Assembly: GCF_009914755.1 (NCBI RefSeq)
Contig: NC_060942.1
Source of the DNA: the human T2T-CHM13v2.0 reference genome, Homo sapiens
Length of the DNA stretch: 64,000 bases
Strand: one strand, 5' to 3'
Below the pieces are notes generated by a model. It was not told the DNA's origin. It was given only the letters and a program-made list of their open reading frames with translations, and did no database searches. This document shows positions 42,840-58,596 of the stretch, in pieces. A program made the translations under genes and the position numbers. Positions within the stretch are counted from its first letter, which is position 1; each line of letters opens with the position of its first letter.

Positions 42840-43462
42840 TAGTATCCCCCAGAGCTCTGTTATTAAGGCTCTTTTCTTCTTGCTCATTCGCTCACTACCT
42901 GCATAACCTCATTCACTGCCAGGTTTGAATTCATATAAAAGATAATGGCTCCCACAAAGTCTACCAAATTGACATCTCTTGCAAATGACAAACAGTATAC
43001 CCAGTTGCAATAGTAGATTGCTACTTTCATATTCCAGGCACTTTAAATTCAACGCATCTAAGTTAAATTCACTGTCTTCCCCCATAAACTTTTTCTCTTG
43101 TATTCTACATCCATTGGTAGTACAACTCTCTATGCAATCACTTAGTCCACAAATCTCGAAGTCATTATCAGTTACTGGCTCTTACCACTACCCACATCCC
43201 CCTAATATATCCAATTGATCAGGCCTGCTCCTTTTCAGGATAGTTCCTTAAAATCTACTCTCTTCTCTCTACCTCATTGCCAATTGCCTTGGTTCTGGTT
43301 CTCAGCATCTCCTGCCTGGTTCTTTACAATAGAGCTGACTAGTGTCCCTGTTCTATTCTCTTAGCCTCCAATTGCTATTTAGCCAACAGAAGAACATTTT
43401 AAAACATGAATGAGCCAAATAACTCCCCTACATAAAGCTCCTCAGAAGCACTCATCCCCTAT
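42840..43462 (+). mobile_element. Decayed L2, interrupted by the MLT1 LTR and resuming after about 44100
   Basis: ccaggcactttaaattcaacgcatctaag...cagcatctcctgcctgg...actcccctacataaagctcctcag. Confidence 0.6.
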
Positions 43463-44095
43463 TGTGACAGGCAGAATTCTAAGATGGCTCAAGCTTTCCT
43501 TCCTCCCTGGTGTATATGCCTGCACCATCCCTGAAACTGTGAATAAAGTAGATCCTACTCCTGTGATGAGGTGATGCTGGAGGGCACAGCTGACCTTAAG
43601 ACCAGGACATTATCCATGCGGGTTTGACCTAATCATGTGAGCCCTTTTCTCTAGCTGGTTGCCGATGGTGAGGTCAGAGATTCCTGAGAAGACAAATCAT
43701 GGTGAGGGAGGTTCTATGTTGCTGTGCTACAGGAGCCTCATGGGAAGGATTCGAGAGTGGACTCTGTAGCTGAGAGCGGTTCCTGGACAACAGCCAGCAA
43801 GACAGTAAGGACTTCAGTTGCACAACCACAGGGAAATGAATTATGCCGACAACCCTAAGGAGTATGAAGCTGATCTGTTCCTAGCCCAGTGTCTCCATGA
43901 GGATGCAGTCAGTGAACAACATGATTTCTGCTTTCTGAGACCCTGAACACCGGACCAACTGACATACACTGGACTCCTGGCCTATGCAAAACGTGAGATG
44001 ATAAACACATGCGGTTGTAGGCTACTATGTGTATCGGGTGCTGTTTTAGGCCACTATGTTTACGCGATGTTTTGCCACAAGAGAAAACCAATATA
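43463..44095 (+). mobile_element. MaLR solo LTR (MLT1E-like)
   Basis: tgtgacaggcagaattctaagatggc...acagccagcaagacagtaaggacttcag...gaaaaccaatata. Possible 5-nt TSD cctat / ccaat. Confidence 0.82.
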
Positions 44096-44146
44096 CCAAT
44101 AGAACAATATCCAACCTTGTGAGCACACTAAACCGATCCTTCCACT

Positions 44147-44223
44147 CCAGGGCTTTCCACTCCAGCTCATTTCCTGCCCATGGGTCCCAGGGCTTTCCAC
44201 TCCAGCTCATTTCCTGCCCATGG
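44147..44223. repeat. Tandem duplication, 37-nt identical unit, period 40
   Basis: ccagggctttccactccagctcatttcctgcccatgg x2. Confidence 0.93.
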
Positions 44224-47200
44224 TGTTTCAAACATACTCAACACTTGCTCTCACATCTCTTCATCTGCCCCAACAATGAAAGTGCTAAGCAATGTTACAT
44301 AAATATCACGCACATAGTTAGAACTATTCCGGAAATTTAAAGAATTAAACTAAATTAAAATATGTGAATACTACTTGATTTTATGTTGCCTTAAATACCT
44401 CTACAGGGATAGTCAGCTAACATTTTCTAACAATTAATATCTACCTGCCACAAGGTGACTGGGGACCTGCTTACCCATTATGCACAATCTGAACCACCAC
44501 TGAGGAATCTTTACTCCTAAGAAGGTATTTACAGCCAGCCAAAGATCTGTGGTCAGGCTTTCTACACATCAGCCCTGTTTCAAAATCTGGCCCCTAAAAA
44601 AGAAAGAAGAATCCAGGAAACGTGCCTCAAACAGCTACTCCCAATTTCTTCAGGGCAAAAGAGAAAGTCCTCTATGACAGTAGAGGATGTGTCCCAACAT
44701 GAAAATGAGTGAGCTGGGTCGCTTTCCATCTCTTTCCTTCCTCCCAGCTGCTACTATTGAGTCCCTAGTCATTTTTTTAAAACCCAGACTAACATAGAAC
44801 TCCAAATATGATAGGAGACAAAAAAGAACCTTATCCTATACTTGCTATGGAAGGGCAAATATAGAATAACTCGTAATTTTAAAGGTACTTGAAATCAAAT
44901 TCAATATGAAGTCTCTTCAAATGCACCACTCAGAGTTACTAAGTAAGAAATCAGAAGACATAGCAGAACTAGAAAGAATGTCCTCTGCCAACGTCCCGAG
45001 GGACTAGAGATGAAGAAAAAGAGGGTTGACTTCCTCAGATCCTTTCTTTAATAGACTTTCCCACATTATTTGAGTGAGTTCATTACTGAAGCCAAGGAAC
45101 ACTATACCTACTTGTTCCCTATAAAATGTGAGTCCATTCAGGATAAGAGACAAGCACTGAAAGTCACAAGTGGCGTGTGTGTAATTACTTTCAAAATATA
45201 TTCAGGCTTGTTAAACACCTACTGATTTCTGACACAACAGCAACAGAACCTTAGCTACATCTTCTGTCTAATCTCAGCAGGTTCAAACAGGACAGTGTGA
45301 GAAAAAAAGCAAGTTTCCCACATTTTCCGGCTCACCTTCTCAATTCTACCAGTTTCTAGGTAGGTGGGTTTTTAAAACAATCTTAAGCACAATTGTTGCT
45401 TCCTATTCTTATTTAATAAAATTGTTCAGCACTTCCAGAACTGCCAAATTAATGAGTAGCTGATGGGAAAACACAAATACTATTCTTTCCAGGTTAAACA
45501 ACAAATAAACAAAAATGAGAAATTGAGAGGCACATTTACATAGACATTTACATTCTCAGATTTAAGAAATATTTTTCGGTGTCTTATATATTATTAGGCG
45601 ATAAAAGTAAATCTCTAAATAGTATGAAGGTTCTGATCCTATTTTCATGTTAAAAACCCACCAATCTGTATGGTATTTTATATTTATATTCCTAAAGACA
45701 AAGGCTTAGAAGGGAATATATGTTTTATGGGGTGGAAATTCCATAACTTTAAAGAACCTTTCAAATTTGCCAGCCACTGCAGACCCAAAAAAGGTCCCTG
45801 GCACCTGCAGACATAACATTCACTCTCTCTATCACTCACAACAACCCTGTGAGCTCCACTTCACAGATAAGACAACTGAGGACTTCTGGGGATGAATAGT
45901 TGATGTGCTGCCTCCTAAAATTTAATATTCTTAAGTTCAAAAATCAATTCTTTATGGAGTGGAATGGGAGAACTTTTCTACCATATTAACAATCCTCCAG
46001 TCTCATTTAATTCATGAAATTCCTGTAGATATTCAGATATTCAACTGTTAGGGTATCTACATTCTGAGTTTTAAGCACACATTTTTAACAGTCTGGGGGT
46101 GAGTGATCCATATGTATTACCACCACCAACAAAAAAAAAAAAGTAGGAAAAAAACTATCAAATATCAGTATGTAACCTTTAGGCAGAGCATTTTCCTCTC
46201 TATATTTCATTATCATTTTTTCCATTTCCCACTGAATTATGTAATTGCCATTTCCAAACAGCAAACAACATTGGACTGAAATACAACAATGCCAGATTTT
46301 CCCTTACTCCTCTGCTGCAAAAAATTAACAATATCATAAAAATAGTAAAACCACAAAAGGTATTTCACTGCATTTTAATATCTCCTTTTAACTTAAAAAC
46401 TTTTTTCAAACGAATAGCACCATATTCCTTTTGTGATAAAAGTCAAAAAAGTGTTACCTCTCTCCACATGCCAATCAGACACTGGACTGTAGGGCATTTG
46501 TGTTAGCCAAATCCTGAAACTAATTACTGCCAGTGTACGCTTCCTGTTCAGACTGCATCAGCCAGTGTGCGTGTCAGTAGTTGTATGAATGCTGGTTCTT
46601 AGTAAATATTTCATCATGTCTCCACGACAGGGCCTTCAACAGCATACTATATTTCATTCTTCCCTGAACCTACTTCCACATTTTGTTGGAAATCATGCAC
46701 GCAACACGCCACACACATCACATACACATTTTACAGGGCTGAACTAGACTTTGTGTTCTCCTTCAACTCTAAGAACTTGTGTTTTCACCAGACCTCAACT
46801 CTGTGTCAAAAAGTGCTCATAGATGCTGTTGATAAGCCTCAGAATATGGAGACAAAGTTAAAAGACATCCTCCTTTGAAATGGAAGTTAACCAAAAAAGA
46901 GATGATCAAAAACTCAAGTGACTATCCATCATGTAGAAACTTTTCCTAGGATATTATCCACCTATGAAAAGATTTCTAATCTTGTGGCTGATGACAGCAG
47001 CCTGCTTCCTAAACTTCCTGAAGGGCCAGCAGTACTTCCACAAAAAGGAAGGCATGAATTGAAATGCTAACTAAGGGGAGATAAGCTACAATCCTGAAAA
47101 TTATAACCTGCCTTTCACGGGGGAAATGCTGTAATTATGAAACAAACTGGCAATTGATCAGGAAAATTGAAAAAGAATCACTAGATGGTGCAACTTGTTT

Positions 47201-47937
47201 CTCTCCAGAAGGGAAGGTTAGGGTCCCCAGGTTTGACTCACTTTTCCACTTTAAGCTAGATGATGTGATAACTATAGAACTTGCTTATAATCATTCTATA
47301 TGAAGGCAAAGAGCTTTGTCGAGCCTTGAAACTTGTTCCATACACCACTCTGAAGACTTCCTATGTTATATCTTTCCAGCTATTTTCCTCTTCTCACTCA
47401 AAATGCATTGCTTCGAAGCTTTATTCTTTACATAGTAGCTTATTTCATGGGACAGTATAATCATGAGAGTATAAACCAGAGCTTTAGCAGTCATTTTTAG
47501 AAATTAGGTTTAAGAAAACTTAAGGGGATGATACTCTGCCCACTGACTAAACCTGTTTCTCTTCAACAGGATCTGAGCCCCTTTTCTCCTGATTAATCCA
47601 CTGCAGGCCTAGAGCCAAGCTGCCCTGTTTATTAAAACGGGATACCCACTACAGCGTCCACTGCAGATGCACTTCAAGATTTCAAAGACTTCCAGCCACA
47701 AGAAGACGGCAAGTGAAGAAAATAGGAGAAAGTGAATAGTAGGTAAAGACTTTAGTAGCCTCTCTTCCATCTATCTACCCAAAAACTACATATATAAGTT
47801 AAATTAGAAAAATTCACCAATTTTGAAGTCAAAAGTGTACAGAATTACAAATACAGGAGGTAATCAGAAACTTAATTTTCTCAGCTTCATAAACTGTGAA
47901 GTAGATCCTTCTCCTTCTGTTTCCTTTTTCTTCCTAT

Positions 47938-49858
<1,921 letters not shown>

Positions 49859-49925
49859 CTACTAAAACACAAGTCCACGCTGGAGACAAATACTATACTT
49901 TGGATCGTTCCTTCTGCTGTTGTAG

Positions 49926-50235
<310 letters not shown>

Positions 50236-53200
50236 GACTTTGCATGTTTTAATTCTGTAGTGCAGAGACCTCTGAAACAGAGAGCAGGAGATCTGGGTTC
50301 TAGCCTTTCTCTGTGTGTCCTCAGACACACTGTTAGCTTCCCTGTGCCTATTTCCTCACCAGTGAAACAAAGCAGGAGAAAAGGTCATTCCCAATGTCCC
50401 TTCCAGATATAAAATTGTTTGACTTTATGGTGAAGACAATCTCACACATAAGCTCAAGCCTTTGGCTCATTTGGTCTTCAGTGCCTGGAATGTAACAAGC
50501 GCCCAAGCAAAACTTTACATTAAAGTCCCTGCAAAATGAGTACAGCTCTTTGGTATCTTTTGTACACAATGTGGTAACATGTTTTATGGATTAAAATTGT
50601 AAAGAAGAAAAACCAACATGCATTAAGACAAATAATAATTAAAACCCAAAGGATTCACTCTTGTTAAAAAAAATAGTTCAGTGCTTATAATGCACAAATT
50701 GATCAATGCATTCTAGAAAATGCAAAGATTTTAATGAAGACCAAATGAGGCAAAGGCTTAAGGTTAGATGTGAGATTGCCTCTGCCATACAGTCAAACAG
50801 ACTTATGTCCGGAAGGGACAATGAAAATAACCTTGTCTCCTACCTCGTTGAACTGCTGAGGAAGTAGGCTCAGACAAGCTAAAGGTGTACCTGATAGAAA
50901 CTACACCTTAAGGGATTTTTGGAAATTATAAGTATAGATCTACTTCTAGAAAGAAGTCGGGTAAAGCGCATTGGTAGCAGACAGTCCTGTACTGGGGTCA
51001 TGGGGCACCAGATAAACCTGTGCAGATGGGAGGCCACTGTAGCCACCCAAGGAGTTGGCTGAAGTCTACCATGCTGGAAAGACTCTTTTCCTGAGGAAGT
51101 AAATAAGGAATGCCTTGGACTAAAGTGGGAAGCTTCCTTTTCTCCCTGAGGTTAGAGCTGACTGGGGGCCTGGACTCTGAGGAGTAGAAAGGGTAGCATC
51201 CTACAGTAGGTGTGAGCTGGTACCTGCCATGCAGGAGCAGAGTGGGCGTCAGGCAGGAAGACATTGATCAGGAGCTCTACGACTCCTACAAAGGCTACAT
51301 GATGTAGCCGGTGTGCTTTCTGTTATACTGTCTGTCCTTAAAGGCTGTACTCAAGTATGCTATGGGGAATTAGGGAAAGCTTGCTTTCTTTCTGAAGAAG
51401 CAGTTGAAAGGGCAGCACCGCCATCTGAACCCAGGGAAAGGTGTCAGTGGCAATTCTGAGTGGCCAAGTCACCATCTCACAGGGCTCTGTGGCACTAAAG
51501 CCACACGCAGAGTAAGGAAATTTAAAGGACTTCTTCCACAGCTCATGGGAAAACTCTCGGGAATCATGCTAGGGAAGATTCTGACAGAGGTGAACTTCAA
51601 GCAAGTCAACTGGAGATAAAAATATGAAGTATCACGTGAAATCTTAGTCACAGGATGGTGAAAACTAGAAAACTTGGAATATTTTCAGACTTGGAAGACT
51701 GCTTTCCGCATTAAACCAGTAAGTCATGTATATCTACTATGTGAAAAATTAACCATAGTATTGTACAAAATCCAGAGATAAGATACTGTCCTCTGAAACA
51801 GGCAAGACGATGGAGCAGAGCGTTTACCTGTGAGTCCCTCTGCCTGGGCATAGGGAAGGAAAGTCCATTTCATGACATCAGCAACACAAAGTGGCCATAA
51901 AACACACTGGAAGCCTGAAGACTCAAAGGAGTTAGCTTTGCACGAAAAGGCAAACCTAGGGCTTCAGCATCACGATGTCAGAATACTAACATTTGGGAAA
52001 TGAATCCTGTTAGGCCTTCACACAATGTGACAACTGGGAGTGACTGGGAGTTAGCAAAAAGAATGCCTTAGTGGATTTTATCTCACATAGAGCATCGACC
52101 ATCGAACGCACGTAGGCACTCAAGTTCCAAAGTCACTCAGCTTCCAAAACACAGCCTACAGTATGATGAAATAGGACTCCTACTGTTTATATTTCTTGAT
52201 ATATACACTCACATTTTTAATATTTATATTGTTTAGAATATTTATTAGGCCTTGTCTACACTCATGATGGACTATTAAAGTTTATTACTTTTTAAAAATG
52301 AAAACCAGGAAAATGGATTTAACAGTTTTAGTAAACAGTCTGTTTTAATGAAACCTTATTGAGACAAATGTCAATACCGTAAGATTTAATGGTAATTGTG
52401 TAAATGAGACATTGCATGTTAACAGTCCCTGTATGTAACTGTTCCTATGGTTGCACCAAAGAGCTATCACACTAGGAAACAACGTTAATTAAAGTCCTTC
52501 CATCCTCCAGAGTCCTAGAGGCATCATTCTTCAAGCAGGAAATTACTGCTGCTGCTGGATGGGGCCATTTGGTTACAGCACGCGATGGATGGTTTGATGT
52601 AAGTTCTTCAGTTGAGCAGAGATCCATGGAGGAGGGTGGCATGTTATAGGTTAAACTGGAAACTTACAGAGCTACGTGGAATCAAAAGCTCTGTGATTTA
52701 TGTGTTTGGTGAATGAACAATACCTGTATTGGTTTAAAACAGTCCTTATTTTTATGGTTTACAATTAATATTCTTGTAATTCAAGAAAAGCAAAAGGTAC
52801 TCTAACTTTCTACATTATGGCAATTCTATTTGCTCTCTGGTCAAGCACTTCTAAAGGGGTTGGAAAAAATTTAATCATGTAACCTATAGAAGTTGGAAGG
52901 CTACGATGTTGAATCTCAATAAGTACAGCATAAAACAGTGTAAGATTTACACAATTAACTGAATCACAGGCAAGACAGAGTATTAGGCAAGTTTTTAACC
53001 GTCCCTTACTGACCAATAGTTAGAAGGTAACAAAAGCATCTTAGAAACATACTTCCATAAATTTCCTTATCCTCTCTGGTCCCTTACAAGCATCTCTGGA
53101 TGGTCTCAAACAATGCTTGTTGGAGTCAAGATGACCGTTTCTGTACTTCAGATTCCAGGCCTATCCTGGAGGGATCTAAATTGTCCTCAGTTACTGAGCC

Positions 53201-54107
53201 CATTCCACTACAGGCCACTAGACAAGCTCTAAGTAATCTAGGGGCCAGATTTTTATGTGTTATGGCTGCATTTAAATTGCTCTCATTGATTTGCCCCAAT
53301 CTGGAGGCAAATCTCTCTCCAGTGTGGCCCATTCGCTGGCATGTTTCCCTGGAATACTAGCCCAGCATGGATGTACCTGGGTCCTATAAGCAGTAAATTG
53401 CCCTCATTATTGAATTGGCAATATTTAGGGGCTAAATAAACTGACTTTCACATGAGGAGAGAAACATGGCAGGGCCCTTTGAGTAACACCTACCACTCTT
53501 AGAGTAATGTTCTGGACACCTCCACCAACAGGGCTTTTTGGGGAAACAAACCAAACTGCACCACACAATGGCTTAAACATTTGATAGATGCAGCAGCAAA
53601 CCTATCTTATGAAATATGGACCGAAATTTGAGATCAAGCTTGACTTATTTTCCTAAAACAAAATCATACTAGATTAGAATGGTGCCCAAATAGAGAAAGC
53701 AAAGTCCTAATTCGATAGTCACTACGAATACACTGTACACTAATCAGTGAGACTCCAATCAGTCTGCCAAACATGGAAGCAGCAAAATGAAAATAAATGA
53801 GATGAGTGAGAGGACTGTTACCTCCATTGCATGGAACAGAGATATTTTTATTTATTTTCTCTTTTAAAATGTAGTTTGAGAAATAAGCATCAACAACAAT
53901 AACAAACTGGCTGAAGGACATTGTTTGCATTCTCTAACAGTACAACAAGAGGAGAATCACATAGTGATTTTGTTGGCATACATGAAAATCTGGCAGAGTG
54001 TAAATATTTCTCAAAAATATATATCAAGTTCGCTATAATAAGATCTTTTCTTATATTTTAAATAATCAAGACTGAGTTTGAAAAAAAATTAGTGAGGAAA
54101 GTCTCTC

Positions 54108-54402
<295 letters not shown>

Positions 54403-55364
54403 TCTCTCAAATGGAAAAGCACTGAACACTACAATGATCTAAGCCAACTGCTAGAAGGAAGTTAGAGAAAGCACGATCTGAAAAGGCTAGCATAGAAACA
54501 TCGGTGGGGAGATGTTGGGGATCAAACAGGCAGTAAGTGTTTAGTCATTGCTCTCAGATAACTACTCCTTCTATCTTGCTTTCTGGGTCGATGGGTCTCT
54601 CCCACTGTAGCCTTGTGTGTGCACATGTGTGTGTGTGGAGGTGTGTTGCCAGGGAGTCTTTTACAGGTGACTATAAATTCTCATGCTACCGTCATGGCAC
54701 AGTTGAGCCTTAATGATTTTAAGTTGACGTGATGAAGGCATTCAATATGCCATGGAGAAAAACATCACAATTTTATGAAAATAAAATGCTCTTTTTGATG
54801 CCTTATTAAATGCAAAAAAAAAAGTTTCATCTGTTATCATCGCCTTCATTCTTAATTCATCTGTAACTACACATATTGGAGAGAGGGATTAGGGAAACAA
54901 TTCCACCTCTTTCAGTCTGGTTTCTTTGTGTCTGCATGTCTCTTCTGTCCATGAGTGGTAGTAGGAAGGGGCATTGGATGTGATATGGTCTGAGGCAGCA
55001 TCTGAGGAATCAGTGGCTTCCATAATTGCACCTACAGTTTCTACGGGAACCCTCCCAGGCAGTGCGTACATCATCACAAGGTTGACAGCGATCATTAAAG
55101 ACATTATTTTCCTTTTAACTTACAATCTGACTTCCTATAACTGCTACCTTAGTTTTTCTTTTTATACATAAAAGTTATGATAACCCTTCAGTCTCCACCT
55201 TTCCAATTAACTGAGAATAGCTTTCCTATCCTCCACCAATCTTATTTTTTCATATTTAACACATCCTATTTCTCTAACCATTCCTCATATGAAAGCTTCC
55301 AGATCATTCACCATCCTATAATTCTCGCTGAATATGCTCAAGTCAAAGTCCATTGTTCGTATTA

Positions 55365-55540
55365 TCATTATTAAACAGGGACCATTTATTAAGAATATGC
55401 CACATCCCAGAAAGTGTTCAAATAAATTAGTTGCTCTAATCTTCTCAACAATGCCTTTCGAGGCAAGTATTTTCACCTTCATCTTTCTGTTGAGGAAACC
55501 TAGGTTCAGAAACTTTAAGGAAGTTCCTTGAAACCACATG
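55365..55540 (-). mobile_element. MIR SINE
   Basis: caccttcatctttctgttgaggaaacctaggttcagaaac. Confidence 0.6.
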
Positions 55541-58398
55541 GGTTACCATTAGCCCTCCCCAGTCCGGTGGCTTCAGAGCATTTATCGCATGTGATTGAAA
55601 CACAGCCCTGAAGGCTGGATCTGTGCAACGCAGGAAACAGGATGGCTCGCTGCCTTCTGCAAACCTAACACTATGCTTCCACGGAAACAGCCTGTGATTA
55701 CAAAATGGTTTTGACAACTGTAACACACTGTTGGTTCACGATGAGTTTGTAATGAACTTAAAGCTGAAGATGAGTTTTACTCAAATTGTTACCAAGGCTG
55801 ACTGCCCCTCTCGCAAACACATTTCCATTTTGTACTTGATCCCTTTTATCAGAGTAAAGTTTTACCTCCACTCCTGCTAAATGTTAGCTTTCCTGCTTTG
55901 CTTCAGCGTCCCACACTGTCCATTTCATAATAAAACTGGAGTCTGACACTTGGGGCATCAATCTCTTTAAATAAGCAATATAGGCTTTAAAGCTCTACAT
56001 TGCTTAAAAATAATTGTTCAGCTGTGTTTCTGTGCCTTCGTCAAGTCTTTGATACAGATTCAGTTTCAAGGAGAGCCAACACTGAAGCACACCTTCCCTG
56101 GCCTATGCTTCCCCTTCTCTGTTTACCTAGTATGCCCCGTGTGTAGCTCACCAGCCAAACTTTACTTTCCATTGTTTATATCAAAACGCAAGAGCCATTG
56201 TAACATGTTTTTTATTTTTCAACTAGCACCTCATTGCCTCCTTGAGAATCACTCTGCTTGATTTACAATACATTTTTCTCATTCAACCAATCGGTTACAA
56301 ATTAATCCACTGAACTTTACCATGTCCAAATTTCTCCATCTTCTTCACAAAGATGTCAGCCGTGAACATGTATTTTCTGATATCAATGTCTGTGGTGAAA
56401 CTGAAAAAAATTCTACCAGCAAAAGTTTTTATATCCCAGAAAAAAGTTGCTCTTAAGAATCTGTCAAATGTATAAAAATAATTTATTATAGAAGAAAATA
56501 ACTGGCCAAGTTTGCTGTGCCACTCAGAATGTTCACAGTGACATTAAAAGAAAGGTAAGTAAAAAATAAAAAATTTGTAACCACAGTGATTATCAGTAAT
56601 GAATCTGAAGCACAGACATAAATTAAATCTGACAAAATGTTCAACAATACTTGTACCTCGGTCAGCCCTAAGGCATTATCCTCTCTATGTGAAACACTAT
56701 AAACTTTCTTCTAGACTCTTGGAAGACTCTGATAGCTAGGACTCGAAGACTGCCAGTTTACCCTATTTATTCCATTACATAAATGCAAAAAATAGAAAGA
56801 CTCTCCTCAAAGTTAAGAGGAAAAGTTTCTCTTGACTTGGATCAATTTTTCCAGAAAATGCATCTACACTGAAGAAATACAGTATTTCTCAAGGTTACAA
56901 AAGTTCCATAAGTTTCATAGTAAAACCCAGCTAGAAGTATATTACTGGAGCTGCCTATTTCCAGAATTCAGATCTAGATGAGTAATTGGACACGCTGGCC
57001 TAAGAAATGAAACAAAATCAAAGCCAGAAAAAGGCAAGAAATAGTTTTGTGCACGGTCCTTGGGGATTCCTGCAGCAGCCCATCCATGTTTATAAGGATA
57101 CTGGATGACTAAATTTTCTATAAATTGGTATACAACAGACTAAATAATTTTTGATGTAAGACTTTATTTTCAAAAACCATATAGACTTTTTTCTATGTTC
57201 CTGCAATCTGTAACAATTTAGTAACCTACCTCTCATCCCCATCCTAAATGAATTCAGCGTGAAATGGATTTGAATCTTCTGTTCCAAGAAAAACACTGGG
57301 TGCATGAGCACATTATAAAAACATAACAGGAATGATATGGGGGTTGGGAGACAGAGGAAGCAGAGTAAATGGGAACATGGGAAATAGGTGGGCTTGGTAT
57401 TAGCTGTCATGAGGGACGAGGAAGAGAAATATGTGAGGACACACATGTGTGCACTGCCTGTGCTGCCTGGGACAGAGTCTCAGCACAAGCCTGAGGAAAG
57501 GGTGGACTCTGAAAGCACAGTGGAATGAAGGGGGAGAGGGGCTGGCTTGGAGATGTGTGTGATACCCTGCCCTCTTTATGACAAGGGCAGGAGCTGGAGG
57601 CAGGAAGAATGAGCTCTTTGAATGAAGACATGGCATCTGAAACCTTGCTAAAAGTGCAAGCCATTCCATCTTGGTGCACACACAGACCTGCTCATAGAGC
57701 CTGAATTCATGCCCTGCGTGAATCCTCCCTGATACTCAGAGAACTCAACAGTCAGCTGTCTCTGCAGTTCCAGACAGGTTGTGTTCTCAACTGCTAATTT
57801 GGTCTTGACAAACATCTCTGACAAAAGGCATTCAACCGCCCTTTCTCTGAGAGGAATCTGTTTTCTTTACAAAGAAAAACAAAGGGTATACCCTTTTACA
57901 CCGAAACTACAATGCCCACCACAACGTGTCTTTTAAAAATTACTCATTCTCCAAGCAAGAAAAGGTCATGGACATTTTCAAATTATCCCACCACCCCTAT
58001 GTACAGAATTTGTAAGTTTTCTACCAAGTAACAAGTGACATGGCCATAAATTATGCAAAAAAGGATAAAATTCATGTAAATAATAGCTCGCAGTCAGGAT
58101 ATTAAAGTCTATTTTTAAAGCTTTCAAAATTTTTTTTGTTCCTACCATATTGTTGGAGACTTTGTCTTTTAAAAAATATAAGGTCACAGTTTACTTTTGA
58201 TTGTAACATTTTGGGACATTATACATATTTTTAATCTGATCCCCTGTTAGAGACTAGGGAAATAATTTTATATTTAGAGACTGGGTTTGAGTAATTTTCC
58301 AGAGTCCTAGAAAAATAAAGAGGCATCTTGTATATTTTATACCAACATTCCCCAGCTCTCAATATCTAGGACAGAAAAGTCTTAAGACACACACTTAC

Positions 58399-58596
58399 CT
58401 CTACATCACAGGTATATTCTGATCCATCGAGAAGTATCACTTTGCACTGCATGCTTTTAGGCTTTTTGACAATCTTTAATGGAGACCGAGAGAGTTTACT
58501 GCTAGATGATTTCTGAGAAAGTTTATCGTCTTCTAATTGCTGATATTCGAGCTGTTTTGCAGCCCTGGCAGCAAACTCCTGTTCCTTGTCAGTGAC
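58399..58596 (-). CDS. EPB41L3: EPB41L3 coding exon (approx. exon 3), 198 nt, phase 0-0: end of U1 region and start of FERM domain
   Basis: Acceptor cacAG|GTC and donor GAG|GTaagt. Translates VTDKEQEFAARAAKQLEYQQLEDDKLSQKSSSSKLSRSPLKIVKKPKSMQCKVILLDGSEYTCDVE, recognised as protein 4.1B. Confidence 0.97.
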
